Below, piece by piece: positions 24,881 through 37,361 of a DNA stretch of 64,000 bases. Positions within the stretch are counted from its first letter, which is position 1; each line of letters begins with the position of its first letter. This stretch comes from Azolla caroliniana (taxonomy: Eukaryota; Plantae; Polypodiophyta). The position numbers and the translations under genes were made by a program. The DNA lies in assembly GCA_043228905.1 (NCBI GenBank), contig JBHGNT010000004.1, positions 23,498,001 to 23,562,000 on the forward strand, given 5' to 3'. The notes beneath the pieces are model-generated. The model was given only the letters and a program-made list of their open reading frames with translations, ran no database searches and was not told where the DNA came from.

Positions 24881-25959
24881 TATGAAAATGAGTATAGAAG
24901 GGCAAGAGCCTTAGGGGTATCTTCCAAGACATCTCTCTCTCTCTAGGTCTCATAGGTCATATTTGACCTCCGAAGACGAGAATATAATCTATCTATCTAT
25001 CTCTCTCTCTCAATCTTCGGCATATTAAATTGGGTTTCGAGTTTATGGTAGAAGAACGAAACTCCTCCCGAGATCTCGTTGCCTTCCCCATATGTCCCTC
25101 TCCGCCAAATAGTAAGGTTGGGCGAGCCCGCCTTACGACCATCGGCCAACTCTAACAAAGATTGGTGCAATCGCCACAATTTCAGTAAGGGTTAGATTTG
25201 CACAACCAAATTCTGATGGAGAGAAAATGAATTCTCTCCCATGTCTTTCTAGAACCTCCCTACAATGTGTCTCCTCTTTGGGTAGAAGGAAACTACTTCC
25301 ACCAATTGTTAAGTATTAGTCAGAATTCTCACCTCCGATGTTATAACTCGAGTATACCCTTAAAGACTCCTTGCAGAAGTAGGCTAATATAAAGGTCATA
25401 TCTATAAACTTTTATAATATTGTTAAATAAAGAATAGGGTTCTTCCTATCTGTCTCTACCTCTCTTCCCTAAATATTTTTCGTAATTATAAGCTTTAAGA
25501 CTAATCATTGTAATCGTTTTAAGCTTATAACGACCTTAAGTGTGGACTAATGGAAGTTAAGTCATTTTGATCATTTCTTGTCTTGTTGCTCTTCTTATAT
25601 CGTCTGTTCATATTGTGGTAAAGTCTCACTTGATTTAAGTAATTAATTAATCTTGTGTATGTGATTAAGTCATAGAGTAAGATAAGATGTTTCTTTAGTG
25701 GTTAACTACACATTAATAGCCCAGAGCGATTCATACTCCTTCTCACTTCTCTCACAAACAAAAGGGTAGATAGTGGTACATTCCTGCACATTGACCTCAA
25801 AGTGGTTTTTTTTTCCCATAAAAAATATCCTCCATTGGTATTAAAATTAAAGGAAACTATATACATATATTGTGTTGCATCTGTTCAAAACTAATATAGT
25901 CTCTATAGCCTCTTTTTAGTGCATTCCATGAGACAATATTTGAAACCATAATTGTGCTA

Positions 25960-28140
25960 AATGTTTTCTGCACGGTTTCTCCGTTTGAGCATATCTCGAC
26001 ATTAAACTAGACCATTCAAAAAGACTTCTTGCTTATTTTATGGCAAAGACTTGTTAAGCTTCAAGCATACTTCTCAATAAGATAGTTGTTTGTGTGACCT
26101 CCATGTATTACGAGGACATTTGAACATGGAAGTTGTTCCTTTTCTATATATCTCCCATGTTGCCACATGCTTTCAACATACCAGAAAATGTCATCATATT
26201 AGGTAAGAGGCCTTGCACCAACATTTGAAGATAGAGTTGTGTAGCATCCTCATTCTTATCATGCTTAGTATAGCCCAATAACATGACAGTTCATTGTATC
26301 TCCAACCAACAATAATCCATCAAAAGGCTCTCGGACTTCAATTATTGGTTCACATTTACTGTACCAACAAACGGATCTTTTTCAAATCCTTCTTTTGCAT
26401 TATCACCATGTAATTCCCCTCCTCTTGTTAGAGACTCTATGCCGAAACAAGCTTTCAAGAAGCAAACAAATCAAGCAAATTTCTTCTACTTGCATTTGTT
26501 CCAGACCATAAAACAAATGCTTTTCGAGCCCATAGTCAGTATATCCAGATGCAATCACATTCCATTATTAGACTACATTTGATGTACATATCAATCAAAG
26601 AGTCCCACAAGCATTTAGGATATGTGACAGTATCTGGGGTAATGCCATCATTTTGAATCTGTTTAAAACGGTCCAACTTTGTGGCGTTGACCTTATTTAG
26701 CATATTCAACAATAAGTGTAGTCCAAGAGACTATACTCAAATAGGAACCTGTTGAAGCACTTTTTAAGATTTTACAAACTCTCCATATTTGGCATGCATT
26801 GCTATAAAAAGGAGAGTGTTGTCTCTCTCTCTCACTATATCCATGTTCCACATGTTCTATAGTCACTATATTGCATGAAATTGCATCTTTCACAGAAAGA
26901 TCATAAAAAATTCCTGTGTTGTTTAGAGGAAACCACATTTGGCCTACATACCCACTAAGGTATTAGCAATGATATTACACTAAGGTCGACATGTATTACA
27001 GTACATTGATTGATGTCTCGAGTATCACCACAAACTTTCAAGCCAGAAACAAGCACACATGTATTTGGCAAGATATTATGTGTTTGCATCTCCTTCATGA
27101 GGTTTAGTGCTTCCTCACCATGCTCATGTTCTACAAACAAATTATTAATGCAGTCCATAGGATCACATCTTTGACTGGCAAGTTGTCAAAAACTTGACGT
27201 GTTACTTAAATCATCCAATTTGGACATACATATCAACCAATGTATTGCCAATAAGAAGATCTTTGTCGAATCCTTTCTTAATTATCTCAACATGCATTTG
27301 CTTGATGAATACTAGACTATTATATGATTTCATGTTGCAAAGTAATGGTATAGTGACTTGAGAAACACCTTTTTGTTACATATTCTCAATACAACATATT
27401 ACCTTCTCAACATCCCCCCATTCAGTTGTTGAGTTTCTGCAAGTATGCTATATTTAGCATAAAAATCATTTACCCAAGTACCACTAATAAGGAGCTCCTT
27501 TTCTAATCCCGTGAGGATAATTTCAACATATGTTCATGAAACATCCACAGTGTCTCCATTCCTAACACAAGCTTTCAAGACACAAGCCAGTGTAATGTCA
27601 TCCAATGGCACGTACAACTCACATTTTCTCATAGCACATGAGTGTCTCCTTATCATATCCATGCTCACTGTCATTTTGCCTTGTGTTCAAAAGGAGTCCA
27701 TGCTTTCTGGCCAGATCTATGTTGGGATGCATTTCAAGAAACCACATACATCCTGAACCAGGAGCCCCTTGAGCACTTTATGTACTATTCATAGTTTATC
27801 ACATTTAGCCTACATATCCAAATCGTTACATTTGGCATACATGTCAATGAAAGAAACATTCCCTGAAGCATAACATTGTCTTGCAATAAACTTTTACAAA
27901 TTATCTCATCATGGATTCATTAAACCTTAGAGATTCCCCAAGGGCACCACATGCTTTCAAGATACAAGTAGTCATAATGCATCACTTCTTAACATTTCAA
28001 CATCCTTGCCACATTGATAGTGAACTATTTTTGCTTTTCTAATTCACCACATTTAGCATACATATCCATCAAAGCAAAATAATAGCACACCATGAGACAA
28101 CATCTCGAACTTGAAGCTCCATAAACACTTTATAGGCTTC
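25960..28140 (-). pseudogene. Decayed PLS-class PPR pseudogene
   Basis: Minus-strand fragments in shifting frames: ELQVRDVVSWCAI (~28100), YAKCGELEK (~28050), FIDMYAKC (~27840), DLLIGNTLVDMYV (~27240), EHEHGEEALNLMKEMQTHNILPN...LKVCG (26955..27158), SIVSWTTLIVEYAK (~26710), LLPNMMTFSGMLKACG (~26180). Many stops and frameshifts. Boundaries approximate. Confidence 0.85.
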
Positions 28141-28288
28141 AGTCTAATCTTTGTAGGTGTTGATTCCCATCTGGCTTTGCTTTTAACCATGTTTTGTGTA
28201 CCTTCCACTATCTGCTTTGAACCATTTTTACATTGACATTAGCCATGACGACGTTTGCTTTATCACAACCTTAAAAAATGTGCTTTGA

Positions 28289-28770
28289 CCCCCACACCAT
28301 CTTCACTCATCCTTATCTCACAAAAAAATTCTTCATCAAGTCCGCATCAACCATGCCGATAACCACCACATTCCATATGTTGGCATGTCTACTCAAGTGC
28401 TAGCTTCACTAATCTTTATCCCCCACACCATCTTCACACCATCTTCACATGCTTCACCCCCCCCCCCCCCCCCACCACCATCTTCACTCATCCTTATCCC
28501 ACAAAAACTTCCATATGCTTCAATCCCTACCACCACACCAACATCACTCATCCTAATAATCAACATAAATCTTCTGCGACAACTCAAACTCGCCAATCAT
28601 CTTGCCATCTCACCGATTTCCATCAAACATCCTGTATAGACAACAAAAATTTAGTGTAAATAATTTCCTCACCTACTCATAATATTTTGCTTCACCCCCC
28701 ACACCATCTTCACTCATCCTTATCCCTCAAAAGAATTTGTTTCTTAAGTCCACATCAACCATCTTGCCGA
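28289..28770 (+). repeat. Degenerate array of a C/A-rich motif (ccccacaccatcttcactcatccttatc)
   Basis: The motif recurs at ~28290, ~28420, ~28475, ~28535 and ~28698. A longer shared flank (aagtcc.catcaaccat...gccgat.accacca) occurs at ~28338 and ~28746. Confidence 0.7.
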
Positions 28771-28859
28771 TTACCACCAAATTCCTATACAAATAATAGC
28801 AAAATGATTATAAAATGTTTCCTCATCCCCTCATATATTTGCTTCAACCCCACCAACAT

Positions 28860-30460
28860 GGTCTAACTCAACATAAAGTTTCTCTCGAACGCCACCAAAT
28901 ATGTGAAGAATGGGAGGACCTTAGTGGAATTATTAGGCATGGACAATTTCCAACCATAATCTGCAGGATCCCACTGCAGATCACCAAGTGGCCTAGAGTG
29001 TAAAACCCAAATATGAGATGCATAGTTAGCAATTACGGGACTAGGGTCAATAAATAATTTTTTATCCAATCTAGCAATTACTCGCACTGGTAACTGCTTT
29101 GCAGCGGACATAATTGGAGACTCGTCATCTACTAATACCAACCTACCATTATCCAACACTTCATAAAGTAGTAGAGGCTTCCATTTTGATGATATAAACG
29201 AGCACCTATAAGTATATTAAGTGTCGAAAACACACCGTACCAACTTTGAAAATGATCGAACTGCAAAGTTGGCATTGTGACCTGATACACCATTATGTTT
29301 GCCCCTCTTAAGTTAGGTAACCTATTCTTTCAGTCCTGTGCAGATGTCTGCAAAAACTTTATCCAATCCGCAATTGTACGGGATGGACCATTGTCCATTA
29401 CAACCCAAGATAACCTAGGCCGTAGACCCAACACACATGCAACTTCATCCATAAATAAAGGGTTCCATATCAAAGGTTGACGCATGAATTGAGGATAACT
29501 TTTCGGTGGCAAGAAAACAAGTGCTTGACGAATACTTTCCCATGCTCGAAATATTCCATTAAAGAAACTTAACGATCCAACATTAGACTTAGGTAATGGA
29601 AAATCTGCATTGAAAAACCATCTAAGACTATCATTCCATTGACCACCTACTGATGGCTTGACCTTATGTAAATGCCGAATCCATAGCTTTTTCTAAAACT
29701 CCTCTCCTGGCAATAAACTCCTAACAAACTATTTAGAAAGTAAGGCTTTACTTTGCATAAAAGGATCAATCAAACCTAGACCTCCTTTCTGCTTAGATTG
29801 TATAAGAATCGACCAAACTACCTTTGCTACCGAATTGTTTGACATGTTGTTCCCCCAAATAAAATTTCATATTAGACGTTGAACTTTAAGCATTATTGTC
29901 CTCGAAAATAGCCATGTAGATGCTATATACCAAATCGAGGACAAACGCACCGAATTAGCTACAACTATACGTCCTGCTAATGATAGCTTTTTCTTATTTC
30001 AGTATATTAGCTTATTCCTTAATCTTAACAACAAGGGTGCAACCATATCCTTTGCCTTTAATCCCAAACCCACTCTACAGCCTAAGTACCTAATGGATTG
30101 ACCTTGAGGTATCTAGGTGAATCTTGAAGAAGGCACATTAACTGGCGGATCTCCCGGAGCAACCCAAAAACCTGATGACTTATCCCAATTTATCAATGCA
30201 CCCGATGCATCTGAGAAATTGTCCACAGCCTTTTGCACCTGTGCCAAATTTAATTGTGAGGCCTGAACATATAAAGTTGTATCATTAGCAAACTCGCTAT
30301 CCATGACAGCATACGACACTAGTAGTGCTAACCCTTTAATATTTACATATTGAGAATTTAGATGTACAGAAAATGTTTCAGATACTAGTAAAAACAGGAA
30401 AGGAGCAAGTGGACATCACTGTCGTACTGATCTTGAAATCGAAAATCTCCTACCAATATC
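28860..30460 (-). mobile_element. 5'-truncated, degenerate L1/Tx1-type LINE (RT C-terminal half and downstream region)
   Basis: Minus strand: RSVRQ*CPLAPFLFLLVSE (~30440-30380; the QGCPL motif carries a stop), DSEFANDTTLYV (decayed FADD), GALINWDKSSGFW, RYLGCRVG, KKLSLAGR.VVANSV, KQKGGLGLIDP, QPLIWNPLF, LQWDPADYGW. Confidence 0.88.
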
Positions 30461-31166
30461 CCTTGCATGTATCATTGATGGCAATGTACATGGCAACAAT
30501 GTTGATGGAAACACCTTAGACCCAATTACGTTGTATTAAATGACATTATCTAGTCTCTTGTTATTTCTTCCTCTTTTACAAATATTTTGTAAAATTTGAG
30601 TATACTTTTGAAGACCAATAATACATCACTCAAATCCAATCCATTTTTGCTTATTCCATCAATCTCTTCATTCCAGATTTGCAAAAGTTAAAACCAAGTG
30701 GGAGGTGAGCCTTAGATGAGTGTACATATATTGTTGTCTTTAAAGAAGACCAAGTCTAATGCTTGGTGTTGTCATAACAATCAATGCAATGACATACAAA
30801 GTCTTGATTCGAGTTGGATTATCCCCATTGATTTGGACAAACTTAATATTATCCCTAGTAGGGCTCGATATCGGTTGTACTAAATGCTAGACTCTTTCCA
30901 TTAGCATACTAATGTATTTATGGATTTGGAGTGCGACTCCTTGGTCTATGTTGGGCATTGGTGTTGCGCAAGTGATGACTAAGTTTTGGTGTATTGGTCA
31001 AATTTTGATCTAGGTTAGTTAATTGATGTTTGTACTAATGCCAACTTATTAATGAAAATTCATTGTACATCCATTTGGTGACCTTTTTGTGGAGTTGATT
31101 TTTAGAGAGAAGGTTGTAACTTTCACGAGTGGTGAAAGAGGCTTCTATTAGAGAACACGTGGAGTT

Positions 31167-31522
31167 GTTTCTTAGAGAGAAGGTCATAACTTTCCCATCA
31201 GAGGCTCCAAATTGAACGATACTTGGTATATACTGGAGTTATATCATCGAGATCTTTCTGGGTAACATGTTAAATATAGGCTTCTCCTTTACGGACAAGG
31301 ATATTTTGGGGGAATAACGGATTTAGTCACCGATTTCAGATATGTTTCTTAGAGAAAAGGTCATAACTTTCCCATCAGAGGCCCCAAATTGAACGATACT
31401 TGGTATATACTGGAGTCATATCACCAAGATATTTCTGGGTGACATGTTAAATATATAGGCTTCTCCTTTACGGACAAGGATATTTTGGGGGAATAGCGGA
31501 TTTAGTCACCGATTTCAGATAT
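31167..31522 (+). repeat. Two-copy tandem duplication, period 177 bp, in probable DNA-transposon subterminal sequence
   Basis: gtttcttagaga.aaggtcataactttcccatcagaggc...gatttagtcaccgatttcagatat occurs at 31167 and 31344 with a few substitutions. A partial third head is at ~31100. Confidence 0.9.
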
Positions 31523-31791
31523 CATACCCACACACCGACAGATGTGTTTGGTTTGTGTTTGTCTCAAATTCATGATGGGATGGATATCATCATGATTGAA
31601 AGGGGGGGGGGGGTTTAAATTGGGGAGGGGCATTTTGGCGAAATAAAGAGGAAGTTGGATCATTCACGAAATCGAAGAAAATTACAAAAATGACCCCCAA
31701 GCTTTTCTTGGAAATTACAGAGTTGCCCCTCCCCTTCCCCTTCGTCTCTCTGTTTCTCTCTCTGTATCTCTGTCTCTGCCCCGCCCGAGAT

Positions 31792-34700
31792 ATGGAGGTA
31801 GCAGCAGCAGCAGCAGCACTCTGCTCTACCTTCACAACAGCCCTTCCTCTCCCCTCCCCGCCCAGAATCAGCTTCAGATCCACCAGAACTATGGCCTCTC
31901 CTCCTCCTTCTTCTTCCTCAGTACCCCTTGCCTCCTCTCACACAGCCGTACCTTCTTGGGAAGACCTAGCAGAGCGGCTAGGACCGCACAGAGAGCCCCC
32001 GTTCAGGCTCTCGCAAGTGAAAAGAAGAACATTCGTCCAGAAAGATGAGGAGCCAGCCCTAACCTTCTACAGGGATAACTCGTCCTGGTGCCCTTACTGC
32101 CAACGCGTTTGGCTGCAGTTAGAAGAGAAACGCATACCGTATGTTGTGGAGAAGATCAACATGAATTGCTATGGGATTAAGCCGGAGTGGTACCTACAGA
32201 TGATGCCATCAGGTCTGTTACCGGCCATCAAGATTGGGGGCGGGAAGGTCATCCCAGAATCCCTCGATATTATGATGGTAATCGAGGACACATTTCCAGG
32301 CCATAAGTCTCTGTTGCCGCGGGATAAGGAATCTGTGGTGAACTCTTTGCTTAAACAAGAACGGAAACTCTTTGGGGCGTGGCTTGGTTGTCTACGTGGA
32401 GGGATGTGGGGGTCGATGGATGCTTTCCAGAAATCTCTGGATGCTGTAGATGCCTCTCTTCGGCAATTCGGCGGGCCTTATTTCCTAGGAGAAGAGGTAG
32501 GCAATTGCAATCTTGAGTAAGTCCTTCGTGTGCATTTTCCTATTGCATGCCTAATTTTGTTTTCGGCATGCTATCATTACTGATACTTTGGAGAAGTGGT
32601 AGCTGTGGCATTTGTTTTTCTATGGTGTATAGTGTATACCTTGTATGCTAATATCTCCAATGCACCACTGTAGAAGTAAGAGTTATGCAATGGCATTGAG
32701 ATCTTTGTCTGTATTTTTGTCTGTTGTCTAAGTTTGTATCTTAGCATTACCAACAGTTCCGAGCAGAAGAGCCTAGAGGGTAGACATGGCATTGTGATGC
32801 TTTTTGTTTTCCTATGATGCCTATGATGTTTATTTTAATATTACCAATATTTCCTAGGAAAAGAGTACTATGTATTGTACAAGAAGAGAGGTTATTTTGG
32901 CATTTAGATGGTCCTAGGAAATTTACTTTTTTATTACATTGTCTGGTCTAATTTTTGTATTTTGTATGCTTTTCTAACCTTGGCTAAACCCAAATCTACA
33001 TATGACCTTATATATGTCTGCAATGCTGTCAAAATTTGAACTTTATACATTAGTGAAACCAAATACACATGTGAATAGAATTTACACTTGTAAAAAGGGA
33101 ATAAAATATTTTGCTAGAACATCTGGGGATGAGTGATTCTGTTGATAAGATGGAGATATACTAGGAATATTATGTTACATTCATGCTCCCATAGTAACTC
33201 TTTGTGTCATGTTCATTTTGTGAGACCATTTTGAGATGTCCTAGGATGTAGGTCCGAACTAGCAATAGAACTGTGTGGGCAAGGGGGTGGACATGTACCT
33301 TATTTTGGGTGGGGGAATAAAATCCTATGAATGGGACCAATGTTGCTTTTTGATGCTTGTTTTGACCATTTTTGTCCATTTTGACAATTAAGTAAAAACA
33401 AACTTGTTAGTCTTGATGACCATTTATTTGTAACAAGGTCAAAATGAAAGCTTAGAAATTTCCTAGGACCGTAAAAAAGTTCTTTATTTATTTTAAACAG
33501 ATTTGAGGCATTCTTTTGCGCAGACATCAAGAGAGAACCCTCTTTGAGCACGCTATACCGTTCTTTGTAGACATTGAGAGGGGTCTCTCTTGAGTCTATA
33601 TCCCTTTTCTCAGACCTCTCTTTCTTGCTCTGGCTTTTGCTTTCCTACCTTGTAGTTCCTTTCCTGCATGGTATCACCCATGCAATCCCATTCATGATCC
33701 CTCAATTCTCCTCGCATGGTTCGTTCATTCTCTGCCAATTGTCTGGTGTTGCTCTACTACCCTTGGTTGTCCTGGCGCCTTGTTCTCCACTGCTTGTAGT
33801 CTTCTTGGCTGTTTAGCCTGTGTGAGTGAATTGTGATGCCATTATAGTTGAAACCTCAAGGGTTGGTGGCATCAATCTTGTTTCATTTCTTGTTCAATTG
33901 TGATTCTTTATGTTTTCCTTTATATTCCCATGTAAATATTGTTCTGGTAAACATTTAGGCAAAATATTGTTTGGTCATTAGTGTTTTTGTCAAATTTGTT
34001 GAAGGCCATGACCTCTACATTGGAAGTATGTAGCATAGACAAGTAGGTGCAACTCAAATCCATTATCAATGCTTTCATCTAGCATAAAAAAAGAGTAATA
34101 CGGAGAACATATCACGTTTCAAGTTTGCATACCTACTAGATGTTTTCCAAAGTCATACAAAAATTCATTCCTCCTTATCTACCTTTATATAATGAATTGA
34201 TCTGTTTAGGCATAGCCAAATCACACAATTCTTGATATGTAGCAATAGAAAAATCCCTTTTGTAACAAAATACACGAGCTTCATAGTTGTGATAACAGTG
34301 TTTTCATTTGAATCATCCAATTGTGACACATGCATTGGAATAAGCATTTTTAGTGCATCATCATCCACTTTGTTTGTTGATAATATGATCATTTGAATTA
34401 GCGTGTGTCAAAATAACATCAATTTGCAAATTACTACATCCAAAACCAGTGCCCCGAGGTTCTAGGCTTGCATATTCCTGTACAGTTCATGCATGTTTTA
34501 TCTCTGTGCATAATGAATCGCAACCATGGAAACTTTTCGCTCTAATCATCATAAAATTTCTTTTTAGTTTTTTTTTGTTGATGGTTTTAGATGTTTGAAT
34601 CTCTTGAGTTGGATTTTCTATATCTACCCCTCAACTATTTGATATTCTTATGTAAAAACTTCGTGCATATTGATCTCATTGTCAACATTTGATGGTGTTT

Positions 34701-36044
34701 TCCAAGCAAACATTGCGCTAACAGTTGGTTGGCATAATGCTTAACAAATAATAGATAACGTTTTCTAAATAGTATATATTTGACAGAAACACTATTTTAC
34801 CTCAATGTTATAAGACTAATATTTATTTGAGAATATAAAAGGCAAACATAAAGAATAACAATTGAATGAGAATAACTATGCGTGTTGTCTTGGACGTCAT
34901 CATTCTGCAGAAAAGACTCTTGCAACATGGCTATTAATTATCTTGCAAGCTGTACATTTTTGCACTAAAATTTCTACCCACCCTCTAGGTTCATCTTCTT
35001 AAATCTGGAAGTGTAGTTCTCTTATTGCTATGTGGACTTAAAAGTTTGGAGTCACCTTTATAAGCTCACTTTATGAGACGAGGACCAAGTTCAAGAGAGA
35101 TCAGTAAAGACAAATAAATGTTTCGTGGTGGGATTGGGATGTGTTGTTGATTTTTGTAATATCTTTTCTCTTTCTGTAAAAGATACAAGTATTATATCCA
35201 GATACATGTGATTGATGTTGCATCCATAAAATATACTAACTTCACATATTTTGTCCTGTCAAATTATGCACAAGATTAATCCTACATTGTGCATCACAGC
35301 TAAAGCTTGATATATGGCTTTTGTTAATGTTGACAACGCCACATGTATTGGCAACATTAAATTATCTGAAAGAAAAAATGCACTTGCTTTGGGTTACAGT
35401 TTTCACTGGTTGATGCAATTTATGCACCATTTCTTGAAAGAATAGCTGCAAGTGTTCCCTATTGGTTAGGGCCTCGTGTACGAGGAGGGAGATGGACAGC
35501 CTTAGACTCATGGTTCGATGCAATGGACACTAGACCTTCATACCAAGCCATAAAATCTGATGACTTCACTATAACACACACTCTGGAGCCTCAAATTGGG
35601 AAGTGTAGAGTTCTTCCTGAAGGGGAAGCCTATAGAGCTTTGATTAATGGCAAAGATGGATCTTGGGATTTGCCATTAAAACCAGAAGTAACTGCATGGG
35701 GAAGTGATGATGGGACGGGTAAAGGTTTTGCGAAAGAAGAAGCTGCCAGTTCACTTATCAACAACCATGAAGGTATTGTTGGTTTTGGTTTACGAGCCTT
35801 TAAGGACCCAGAAACTTCTACAAAAGCTATGGTGGATCTAGGTTTTAGGTATGTATCTCATGCTTTATTGAGTGGTGTGGAAAATGTTGGAGAGCTTCCA
35901 GTTGGATTATCTAAGGAGACTGCAGTGAGTTTGGCTTACTTGAGAGATAGAGTTGGGGTTCCAAGAGACCTGACTTATCCTGCTGCAAGACAGTTACGTG
36001 CCCATCTGCAATGGCTGGTTAAAGGATTAGGCTCAGATTTGTAA
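31792..36044 (+). CDS. GSTI: Cys-type glutathione transferase, probably Iota class, with a predicted plastid transit peptide; 2 exons, ~449 aa
   Basis: Exons 31792-32496 and 35400-36044, joined in phase 0 across a 2.9-kb GT-AG intron. Motifs: FYRDNSSWCPYCQRVWLQLEEKRIPY, INMNCYG.KPEWY...PSGLLP, ESLDIM, GPYFLG, FSLVDAIYAPFLER, and a C-terminal extension with YLRDRVGVPRDLTYPAARQLRAHL. The N-terminus is Ala/Ser/Pro-rich. Confidence 0.85.
33504..33874. mobile_element. Solo-LTR-like insertion in the GST intron
   Basis: A compositionally distinct CT-rich block bounded by tgaggca...tggcatca (TG...CA, imperfect inverted ends). No clear TSD. Confidence 0.3.
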
Positions 36045-37361
36045 TAAAGGTCTGTATATGAAAGTATCCCAGAAACGTTTGTATAATGAAGAGGATTGGA
36101 CTCATATTCATGGCAAAACTCTGTATTATGGGAATGGATTAGGGTCAGATTTATAACAACATTTTGTATAATAATTATGACATTCATACCAACTGTATGT
36201 GTACTATAGGTTATTATTTTATGAAGGACATCAAGAAAGCCTACTTGTTTTATTATTTTATTATTTTATTATTTTATGAAGGTCTACTTGTTTCATAGCT
36301 GTGAATGAAGGCAATATAATATGGTTTTACATCAATAACTTTCATTCATGGCCAAGTTCACAAGTTAAGGAAGCTCTATGGTGTTTATATGTCTGCATAT
36401 CATTGCCGTAAAGGAAATGGTGTGGTTGTTAGAGGGCTTTGAAGGTTAACATGTTTGACCAACAGCTTTGAAGGTGGAATTAAACATGGTAAATATTGCC
36501 CACTGGAATATCTAATGACAACACGTGTAGTTTTTTCTACGAATGCATTTCACCTTTTGCTTAGTATTTAACTTTAATATTTCATACTTCACCATTCAAA
36601 AGTGCCTTAGAGCAGTCGTGCTCAAAGAGTGCTAAAGAGTCTGTGGTGTATGAGAGATTGTTTAACAAGTGGATAGTGTATGAGAGATTGAAGACAGGAA
36701 ATGGCGTGACCTCAATAGTCTGTGGATACTTATATGAGAGCCCATCGAGGAAAGGCTATCTTTCCCCTTGGCAACAAGATTTGGGAATTGTAGGCATTCT
36801 TCTCGAGTACAATTGCATGTAACAATTATTATGTAAGCACTCATTCTCCCCTTAATGTAAAGCACTTTAGAACAACTTTGTTACTTCAAGTATATTATTC
36901 CGTATTCCACATGTCATACTTGCTATGAACACATCACTATCAAATAATGAGAGTATAGAGTTCTACTATATTTTGCTAATGATAAGAACCTTGAATGGTA
37001 ATCAGCTACAAATATTCCAACAAATCTTGAAGGTTCATTCAAATATTGTCATATGCAACCCTTGATCCCTCTCTTGTGTATTCTCACACAGCACTTATGA
37101 GAAAATCTGAAGAGGCAAAGATATAGAATAGATCTGATGTTTGTACCATAAAATAACATTTAGCATTTGTAATTAGTTTGTCTCCTACAAACCTTAGGAC
37201 TTATTCAACCCAGCAAAAACCTGGTCACGGTATAACATACGATCAATAAACATGGTGGAAACTTGGAAAGTTGCTACCAAGAAGCCACAAATGACTTCGT
37301 TTACAAACCTCATGGTATTGAAAGTTTTGAATGACATTTATTTATCAAACTTGTATATATT

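Noticed and set aside
31690-31791. N-terminal extension of the GST from ATG 31690
   Set aside because: It translates a CT-rich leader or promoter tract. ATG 31792 gives a typical transit peptide.
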